A DNA stretch of 64,000 nucleotides, from assembly GCA_964106915.2 (NCBI GenBank), contig OZ066917.1; one strand, given 5' to 3'. The notes below the pieces were generated by a model, which saw only the letters and a program-made list of their open reading frames with translations, was not told the origin of the DNA and searched no databases. This document shows, one piece after another, positions 54,337 to 64,000 of this stretch (position 1 is its first letter; every line of letters starts with the position of its first letter). The translations under genes were made by a program, and so were the position numbers. Origin of the DNA: Podarcis gaigeae. Taxonomy: Eukaryota.

Positions 54337-56677
54337 TTGACTCCCAAGTCCTATCAGTCTTAGCCGATATGGTCCATTATGGGCTGTAGCCTGCAGCCTC
54401 TGCAGAGGCACTGTATGGGCTCCACTCTTCAATGACTGTTTCTGCCTCTAGGCAGAGCAAAGTCTCAGCTTCCATTCCCACATCTAGTAAAAGTAATGCA
54501 TATTCATGGTTTATATTCAGAATGTGTTCAAAAGCTGATACTGGAAAGAAGAAAACAATTGGATGATGTGAAAATGAGAGAGGAAAATAAGGTGGCATTG
54601 AGAACATCATAAGAGCTTCACTGCATTGGACTGAAGGTTCTGTTGTATCTCTTGACCTTAGGGAGAAGGTGAATTATAATTAATATAAATACCATTAAAC
54701 ATACATGCCAGTGGCTTTCTGGAAATCACCTGCTCATAATCTGATATTGAAAGGGATGTTCTCAGCTGAACTTGAAAAGAAGTCTTTCATGTTTGAAAGT
54801 GAAGAAAGTTGACCTCATTCTTTCATCCACATGTGGCCACCAGACTCTTGTGTTGTGGCCAGCCACAATCGCTTAACATGGAATTTGTGTTACAGAAATG
54901 TTGTTTGCTGAGTTTGAAACATTTTTAAATAATTTTGTCACCTGAATGGTATCTTGATGGTCTTAAAATAACCAACTTAAGTTCTTCTTTGTATTTATTT
55001 GGAGCAGATGTTAAAAAATCTTTAGCATGTCCGACACATTTACGTACCAGTTAACTCTTATTAAATGTGACCCTTGCCAAGTGACTTGGGAGTTTATTTC
55101 AAAGGATTGCAGTTCTATGTAACTAGAAGCAGATAACTGAAGATGCATCCATAGCCAGATTTTTTTATATGTATAGAATGTACATGTACACGTACCCGAT
55201 TACTTTAGCATCTAATACATAGATTTTTTTAAAAAATCTGGGTTGTTCGTGCTAATTTATTATTTGTTTGCTGTATATTTTTCAGAATGCCAAATAAGAG
55301 TTGATCTTGAAAGGGGTGTATACTTCATTCAAATCAAGCTAGGGGCTGTACGCATATTTGTGCCACATCTAAATTCATCCACTATGTTGCTCAGCAAACT
55401 CTTCATTTTTTACTTTCATGACTGGTCAGCCAGCCAGCTGCAGCCCAGCTGAGATATTCAAAGATAAAAAGAAAGTTATCCTATCATGTAGTTTAGTTCC
55501 ATAGTCCATTCCAAAACAAACTATTCAAAAATGTTTGTCACGGAATAATATTTTTGGGGTGGCAGGGAGTGGAGAAATAGGAATTGGTCCTAGACCCTGA
55601 TCTTGAGAGTCTTCCTGTTTGGCAATAAGCTGCAGGAGCACTACTGTACATGTGGATATCCACTTATTGCACAGTGGGGAGAAGGAATCTGCATGCCATC
55701 TCCTTAAATAAGTGCTCGCAACTTCCTAAGGAACAGGGACCACAGTGCTTTCAAATGCAGCATACATGAAAACGATGTCCAGAAAGTTCAACCCAGTCAT
55801 ATTCAATTTCTAAAGAGGAAATATCTAAAAACAATACTGTAGTTGAAAGGAAGTTGAAAGGGAGAGCCAAGAGCGTCAAATATCTTCAAGCTTCTTAGCA
55901 GTCATTCAATAGCACTATAATAGAAAGCGATACAATTCCTCCCCCAGATTTGGAAAGGTGCAAACAAGTTCAAGAGGATGCTAAAATGGTTAACAAGTAA
56001 TGTAGAGTGAAGGAACTCGGAACTTGTAAAAAGCAAAGAGACTTTCTTGAAAAAGAGGAAGTCTTTCCCAAATGAAGAAAACAAGAAGAATGCAGCAGAA
56101 CAAGCTGATGAAAAAATAAGGCAAGTAAATAAAATAATAAAGGGTGGTCATGTTGCTTCTTAAAAAGAAAAGAAAAACTGCAGGTTTATTGAAATGCATC
56201 TGAAGTAGAAACTGGACAGAGACATAGTTGGATAGGAAAGGGGTGAATGACTGAAGGAAGATAGGGAGGTTGCAAAGATGTTGCAAGAGTTCACTGTAGA
56301 AGATTTTGGGCAGATAAGCATCTGAGTCACTTTTGTGAGGCGTTTACCTTAATAACTGAAGTGATTATATAGAAGCGACAAGAGATAATAGTTCTAAGGC
56401 TAACAGACAAAGTAAAAATAAGCAAGTTGCCAGGTCTGGTTGTGTGAACTTGGCTATCTAACAAAAATGTGCAACTTCTCAGGTAAATTGTAGAAAGCTT
56501 TACTAAAATGAACATGATTTGTTGCATGCAGAGCCAGCCCACCAAGGAGGTGGTGTGAAGCATGCACCTCTGGCAGCATAAGCGCAAGAGGCGTCACCCC
56601 ACCCCCTCTACCGCTTCCCCGCTTCTGCCAGAACGCCCCCCTCTCGCCCCCCTCTCTTCGGGAATCAGGCAGATAGT

Positions 56678-56921
56678 CAAGATAGCAAACTTTTTAAGCA
56701 GGGAGATGGTCCACTGTTCTTCAGACTTTGTGGGGGGGCGGACTATATTTCGGGGGGGGGGATGATTTCCTATGCCCCACAAATAACCCAGAGATGCACT
56801 TTAAATAAAAGAACACATTCTACTCATGTAAAAACATGCTGATTCCCGGACCATCTATGGGCCGGATTGAGAAGGCAATTGGGCTGGAACTGGCCCCTGG
56901 GCCTTAGTTTGCCTACCCATG
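56678..56921 (-). mobile_element. hAT MITE, inverted copy of the 41378-41637 family
   Basis: CCCAGAGATGCACTTTAAATAAAAGAACACATTCTACTCATGTAAAAAC is the near-exact reverse complement of ~41465-41512. Confidence 0.85.
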
Positions 56922-57253
56922 GTGAAGAGCCCTGAAAGCATATCATCAAAGTGGATGAACAGGGAACAAAATGACAAATAATGATTCATTATAACAAAGT
57001 GTCAAGTGATGGGTATTGGGGTGAACCAATCCCCCACCCCAATACACTGGTGGAATATGAGTTAACTGCAATTACCAAGGACAAATATAGTGAAGAGCTT
57101 AATTCTAAAAGTCAGTTTGATGTGTGGCAGCAGTAACAAAGACCAATACCACATTTAGAATGATTAAGGATACTGAAACAACCCTCCTGCACCAATAATA
57201 GGCAATAGAATAAAAGAACAATACCCCCATCTCCCCCCCTCTTTTTCCCTTAC

Positions 57254-58173
57254 CATAGCTGTCAACTTACAGATTTGAAAATAGGGCACCAGCAGCCTTG
57301 AAAATAAGGAACCAGCAGCCAAAATAAATGATTTTAGTCAACCAGCAGCGTCGGTTCTTAGCCCTTCGTTTCCAGAGGTTGCTGCTCAAGACACCAGCCG
57401 ATGAAACACTGCAATTAAATAACTAAAAGCAGCAACCACTTTTCGCACAAAACAAAGTCCAAGCTACGAAGATGCTGCTGCAGTTCTGTATCTTTTCTCT
57501 CGTGCTCCATCTGCAGCTCTCAATCCTATCAGGTGGGGTGGGAGGAGGGGGGGGAATAGCGCCCGACGTAAACCCGCAGATCAGACCATCTATGCTGGTC
57601 TACCACTACAAATCTATGGGAGAAGCGCTTGCGGTCCTTCCCTTGTAGCCGTTGGAACACCTGCCTGCGCCTCCGCCTTCGCCTCCTCCTCTTCCTCTTC
57701 CTCCTCTCTGAACTGCTTTCTCTATGGTTGCCCTCGCTCTCCTCTCAAGGCCCCTCAGCAATTCATAGGCCATGCCAGGCTGCCCATCTCATCTGGGTCC
57801 TTCGGCAGCACAGCCGCAGTGCGACCTAGCGGGAGTGGCAGCAGCGGGCAGAGGGGAGACCCCAGGCAGAGACGCTCAGTTTGGCAGCCGCGAGGAGGAT
57901 AGCAGTGGAAGGGACCGAGGCTCCTGCCTGTCCAGGCGGGAAGGGGCTCCCAGGGGCTGAGGCTGGTGAGAGGAGGCTGGAGGGGGGAGGGCCGGGCAGC
58001 CAAGCAACACAGTTGGTGCTCCCTCCTCCCTGGCCGGCAAGGAGGGAGGGAGAGGAGCTGCTTCCTTTGAAACCCAGGAAATTTAAGGGACAACCATCAA
58101 TAAAGGACATCAGTGGGACATGGCGCTGGGATAAGGGACTGTCCCTCCAAATAAGGGACGCTTGACAGCTATG
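57254..58173. mobile_element. 920-bp non-autonomous hAT with GC-rich interior
   Basis: TIR CATAGCTGTCAA / TTGACAGCTATG; TSD TCCCTTAC / TCCCCTAC; subterminal AAATAAGG(G)A repeats. Confidence 0.88.
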
Positions 58174-59429
58174 TCCCCTACCACAAAATGTCTATGTCTA
58201 TGACAAAAGTGTCTCTCACCAAACATAAACAAACTGTGAAAAAGACTATGAACTGAAAGTGGAGACAATAGATGTGCCTTTCCCTACTTAGCTGTTTGCT
58301 TTTTAACATGAAAAAAACCTTAATAAAAACTATTTTTAAAAAATTAAGGATTATTAGAAAGGTGATCATTGCATCCTAAATTGTTTTGGTGCTATGGCCC
58401 CTGGAAACTGATCCTGGGCCTATGTCGCTATAAGGCCAAAAGAGATCTTGGTATTCAGGGTTGTTCAGGGGAGGACTCACCCCCACACAAACAGAGGTGA
58501 AATTTAAACCAGTCAGGAGTTAAAAGAACAGATGTGCAAGAGCACCACTGTAACCTCACTTATGCTCTGCTAGCAAGATCTCAGCAGGGTTTGGGACTGA
58601 GTGGGGAACTGCTTTCACACACCCTGCCCAAGTGATCAGCTTTACGATTGCAGAGTTAATGAACTGATATAATCTGTGCAGTTGTGGTCTCCATATCAGG
58701 AAGGATATGTAGGAGAATGAAAATGTGCAGGAAAGGGCAATCAAAATGATCAGAGGATTAGAACTAATTTCTTACACAAAAAGATAACTTGGGACAGGGG
58801 GATTGTGATAAAAACTATTAACGGTGTCAAGGAACTGGATGGCAAGAATTTTTTCTAATGAAGGCTTAGAGGGGATTATGACAATTTTTAGTTTGTGTTT
58901 AAGCACAAGAGGGCAGTATTGTTTAAAGTAAGCATTTTATTTTTCACACTGTGGCTGCTCAGAAACACTTGTAAAATGTGCGAAATACTGTTGTCCTTTC
59001 TTTTTTGCCTGTGTCATAATTCCATACAAGCAGTAAAATTGTCTATGTATTTGCAAATAATTTGTAAATTATATGACCCACAAGAACATAAATAATAATG
59101 TGAATCCTTCGTTTTGTTTGGGGAAAGCATGCTAGAAGTTAATTTTATCAGAACATTCAAATATACTAATTGAATCCTCTGCTGTTTTTGTTTTCTTGTA
59201 TGTTTTGAGGTCTTTCTGTCACCATTTAAGTATGTGAAAGCTTTTGCCAGAGAGGCACATGGATTTTGAAGTTTCATATATACTTCACTTCAACTGTAAA
59301 TGTTCATTCTGAATATTGATTGCAAAAATTATCCAAATTCAATATGTGGGCCCCTTTGTAATATCCTACCAATTTAAACAGCAACTCCTTTTTTTCTAAA
59401 ATGCTGGCATCCTGAGTAGCTCTAAATAA

Positions 59430-59500
59430 TAGAATCATAGAATTGGAAGGGACCCCAAGGGTCATTTAGTCCAACTCCCTGCAGTGCAGGAATCTCAACT
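59430..59500 (-). mobile_element. Extreme 3' end of a CR1 LINE
   Basis: TAGAATCATAGAATTGGAAGGGACCCCAAGGGTC matches the terminus at 52491. Confidence 0.75.
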
Positions 59501-61607
59501 AATATGAATGCAATGGATATAGACCCACTCTCTAACCAACTGAGCTATCTCTCTGGCACAAGGCACAAGATCTGCAGACATGCCAGGGAGTAGCCACCCC
59601 AGTCTCTGATAACTACATGTAGATTCCTTGTGTCTTTAAGATGGATCCTTCACATGCCTCTTCAAACATTTGCATACTTCGTCATATTTGGATTATCTTG
59701 AACTGAACAGAGGTTCTGCTAGAACACTTTCATTTTAAGGCTCCCATATATTTACCCCAATGTGCTCCAATTTACTGCCCTGTGTGTCATTCTTTAGAGC
59801 AGTGCATTTCAGTGTATGGAGCAGGGCTTTCTTTGCTGCGACATCAATTGCAAGGAATAGTGTTTCTAAAGAAACTCATCATTCGCCTTGATTATATATA
59901 TACGTATGTGTGTGTGTATATAGTTTTACCAGAGAGTGAGACCCAAAATCTCCCCAGTTTAGGTGTCCACTGATTTCAACATCTCCAACTTTTAATTGCC
60001 AATAATGCATTTTTTAAAATGTTTTTTAAAATGTTGTTTGCCACTTACTGTTTTTTGTTTTCTGTGGCACCTTCAGCCCTATTTTTTTATTTATATAAAA
60101 AAAGATTATGCTGCAAAAGAGAGATTCATTTCTGCTGTAATGTGTAACACTTGGGGTGCCGTCCCATGACAACATTTTATGCTGTTATTTAGTGCTTGAA
60201 TAGCAAAATTCAGGAAGGTAGCCTTGCAAAAAGTAGGAAATGCGAAGATTTCTTACATAACATGTAGTTACATCTTTCCTTTTTCCCATTAAATTAATCA
60301 TAGTCAGCAAGAGAGATGGCTATTGGGATTGCAGCACAAAGGGAGGAGAGGTTTATCCCTCCCTTCTCCAGCCATAACGCCTCCCCGTAGCTTCAAGGCT
60401 TAGGAAAAAAATCCTGTTGTCACTGGGGGTGGGGAGGAGACTCTGGAGGAACTGCGCCTCAGGAGGGAAGAGAGAAATCCACCCCCTCATGCTGGGATCC
60501 AGATTACAGCCGGGCCCCAGCAGCTCTAATTACTTTTAAAAAACCAGAGACATAACTGCATCCCACTTATTAAACATAAAGTGCAGTTTGATTGCTACTG
60601 TTAGTTTTTACTGAGATCAAATATACACCCAATGCACCTTTGGACCTGTTTGAATGGATAAGCTTTCAGATGTCCCAGCCCAGTAAAGGAAGTTTGCATA
60701 CACAGATCTTCTTAACACATGCATAACCAGCAAATATACACCTGGGCATGTGCATGAAACTGCATTGTAATAGTCATCACTGAACTTGTTGGGTGCATAA
60801 TTTTGTAGTCTGGGAAAGAATGTGTCTCTCCATCCCTGGCCACTCGCTGTTCCACACAATTCGTTGCATGTGCCTAGAACTCGCTTGGGACCAATGAATG
60901 CGCCTTCAATGAATGAGCTTCTTTGAAGGGGTGTTTTGCCAGTCTCCGACACTACCTTGTTACCTATTCAATAGTTCCCTTCAGTGTACCGCTTATATCA
61001 TGTTTTACTAGACACCTGTTTGTAGGTGAACTGTTTCCATTCTTCATCAGGACCGTTCATCAGGTGTGATGCTCTTGACCGACTCCAGTTTTACAAGGCT
61101 GTGATGTCTGCTTTCATGGTACATGCATCAACTCTGCCATTTTTCAAGATACTAGCTGAGCTCCCCATATGGTTTCCAGATGGAAACATATTGCTTTTGC
61201 TAGCCACCTTCGAAGCAGTCTGTCAGCCAGGTCCCCTCTCAGAAACAAATAAATGGTCTAGTGTCTACTGTATTTCCTTTCAGGCTGCACTCTCCACTTT
61301 AAACTTGGCTCCGTTTCAGAGCAATCAAAATCCAATCAGCCGTTGTGCTAACTCCATATGTTTTATTTCTAGACGATGCTATGCAGAGGAAGCTGAAGGA
61401 ATTTTCAATCTGCTGCTGCGTTCAAGGGTGACGTGCTGTGGATCCCTTTCCATGTTTTTCATTTGAATGGAAGCCATTGAGCAGATCTTGGCTTACCAAA
61501 TATTGCAAATAGAGATATCTTTTGTGAGAAATAAGGCATCTCTAATAGGAAGTGGTACAAATGCAGACTTCAACTGTGCTGCGTCTGATAGGCAGAGACA
61601 GGGTCAT

Positions 61608-61608
<1 letters not shown>

Positions 61609-61655
<47 letters not shown>
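61609..61655. repeat. (GT)23 microsatellite
   Basis: Uninterrupted GT run. Confidence 0.97.
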
Positions 61656-61660
<5 letters not shown>

Positions 61661-62203
61661 GAGAGTGAGAGCGCTTTAACAGTTAAGCTAGCTTGACACA
61701 TGAAAGCTTGCAAGAGTCAAAAGCTTCCACCAGCAAATGGTGACTAAGCTGACCACTCCCACAGTCCTTGCTGGGTTGTGAGGTTCTGGTGAGGTGAAAG
61801 ATTTTTCCGACTCCTACAAGGACCCCCCCACCTTCATTTAACTGTCCCTTGAGAAATGAGAAATGAAATTGACCACAACCACTTATGCTTCAACCACACT
61901 CACTCTGACATGCAGCTCCTGTAGGTGGACCATGAATCAATGTGACCCACTGCCTGGAAAAGTTTAGCATCCCCCCACCATATATGCTTATTTAGTTACC
62001 GTAGATTTTCTAAATATTGCTATGTATATGGACCAGATGTAAGGGGGGGGGGGCAACTGATTTACTTCTATGAAGAACAAATAAGATCTTTACTCGCTTC
62101 AGACTTGAATCCCTTCTCCATCCAAAACTCTTTTACCTGAAACACACTGAATTTGGAAAATTGCCCTAAATAGTTTTGTTTGCCTATTTATGATTGACTA
62201 GGA

Positions 62204-62338
62204 CAGGCATAGGCAAACGTAGCCCTCCAAATGTTTTGGGACTACAACTCCCATGATCCCTAGCCAACAGGACCATTGGTCAGGGATGATGGGAATTGTA
62301 GTCCCAAAACATCTGGAGGGTGAGTTTGCCTATGCCTG
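62204..62338. mobile_element. Palindromic hAT MITE
   Basis: TIR CAGGCATAGGCAAAC / GTTTGCCTATGCCTG; perfect TSD GACTAGGA. Confidence 0.93.
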
Positions 62339-64000
62339 GACTAGGATCACCAATACAACCAACCCAGGAAGTGCTGCCCTCACTCTAAAGCAGCTTTCTT
62401 TCTCCCCAGTGGCATATCATTGCCAAATCTGATGGGCAGATCATGACACATCATGACACAATCATCTTCACAACATGATCTCTGATAGTTTGGGATCACT
62501 CCATGAAGGACAGGGGGGAACTGCAAATGGGTGGTGGGGGATTAGTGCTGAAGCAGTTTGGGGAAACTATGGCAGCAAGTAGGCATGTTTGCTCAGTGGC
62601 AGAGGTTGCAAGGAAAGTATTCCCCTCCCCCACGCTAGGTTTGCTCCAAAAACTGAAATGGGCAAACATTCAGAGCATTAATCACTATTCACTAGTGATT
62701 ACTCCAGCTGAGATTATCAGTGTATCCTTTATTTGCCCTAACCATAGAATGAGGAAATGGAAATTCTGTAATCGCCTGGTTTTGCTATCGCTAACGAAAA
62801 CTTCTTTGATACACTCTGAAGAACTACTCACTAAGGTAGGTCCTCTTTGAAGTGTGAATTTAAACCATTTAATTGCAACCCAATTAAAATATACATTTCA
62901 GCACCTAAGTTTAAATGTTGTGTGAAAGGTAGACATAGGATATAGGGAAGGATAAGAGGATAAGCAGCCGTGGAACAGTGTTGCCGGCAAACTACTAGGA
63001 TATCATTGGCATAGCTTTCAATGGAAAGAAACATTAAGGCTCATTGAAAGTGACTGTAGCCATTTAAGTATGATATGTGTTTAATACTATCAGCTACTGT
63101 ATATCTTAGAAGTTAGAGACATTACATCATGGTACATTGGTCTGGCCTGTAGCTGTAAATCCAGCAAAGAACCCCAGAGAGATGGCATCAGGCTGACAGG
63201 AGCCTGGCAGCTTCTATGTTGGTAGTAAATAGACTTGGCAAAGGATGCCACAGTGCCTTTGCCAATGTGTCCTGGCTACATGTTGCCTGACTAAAGCCAA
63301 ATCCTTCAGTGTGGTGACCAAGGAATGGCTCGGCGGGGCTTCATTCTGCTGTGTGCCGAGGAAAATGCTGATGTGGTGTCTATAAAATACAAAGCGCCAG
63401 TTTGTTCCTTAATAAAACCCCACTGTCCATTCATACACCCAAACTAATCAGCATGACATGAGACCTCTGTACTAGAACAATATTTGCAAGCCCATCCTGA
63501 GGGTGCTGTGTCCTGATCTGACCAAGGCCTATGCATCTCTCAAGTTCTAGAGCACAGTAGAACCGTTGCTGCTGGTAGCACCACTACCAGCAGTGGAACT
63601 GAAGAACATAGAGAACCATGTCTGACCCTTGATCTATCTAGTTCAGTATTGTCTGCTCTGACTGTCAGAGGTTCTGCAGGGTTTCAGACAGGGAGTCTTT
63701 TGCTGACCTACCCAAGAGACACCACAGGTTGGGTCCAGAACTTTTTGCATATGGAGCAAGTTCTCTATGGACCTTCCCTTTCAGACTAATCAGCATGGCA
63801 TTAGACCTCTAGTCTGTTTGTGGAAAACAGGGAGGACAGAGGACAGGCAACCATAATAATACTGTGCTGGGGAAAAAGATGATAAGGGTACCAGAACAAT
63901 AAATTATGATCTATTGTGAATTGTGATCTATCAATTATGATCTATCAAAAAACACTGGGGGAAACTCTACCTAGATGTGAGCTATTTTATACTCAGGTAT

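Larger units (their letters stand above)
55830..58865 (+). mobile_element. Ancient CR1 LINE in three pieces (~55830-56450, ~56940-57180, ~58640-58865)
   Basis: Degenerate ORF2 motifs in collinear order: KEDREVAKMLQEF, KCQVMGIG, VQLWSP / VQERAIKMIRGLE. Confidence 0.7.

Noticed and set aside
61030-61064. Minus-strand CTGATGA...GAAA hammerhead-like cores
   Set aside because: No stem II or stem I pairing
61026-61466. 146-aa plus-strand ORF (and the 111-aa minus ORF at 60617-60952)
   Set aside because: GTG start, no recognisable domain, no PSMG1 similarity; consistent with chance ORFs

Overview
Vertebrate genomic DNA, inferred to be from a squamate reptile (probably a lacertid lizard), based on a full-length Sauria SINE and CR1, L2, hAT and Tigger-type repeats. 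The + strand carries the last two exons and 3' UTR of HMGN1 (1461-~3470), a CpG-island promoter (~8700-10000) and a complete BRWD1 gene. I traced 42 BRWD1 coding exons by hand from 9520 to 50826: all introns are GT-AG, phases are consistent, and the 7566-nt CDS encodes about 2521 aa (WD40 propeller, cryptic Tudor region, two bromodomains, long repeated tail). The last ~12 kb is TE-rich and contains no gene I recognise. I see no wholly new gene system. The best leads are RNA-processing architectures in BRWD1: three homologous tail exons with intronic stop/poly(A) escape routes, an inverted MITE pair bracketing a frame-symmetric exon block, a structured poison-exon candidate, and a hAT insertion at a branch-point region. 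There are also unusual transposon arrangements. Comparisons to human sequences are from memory, not from a database search.
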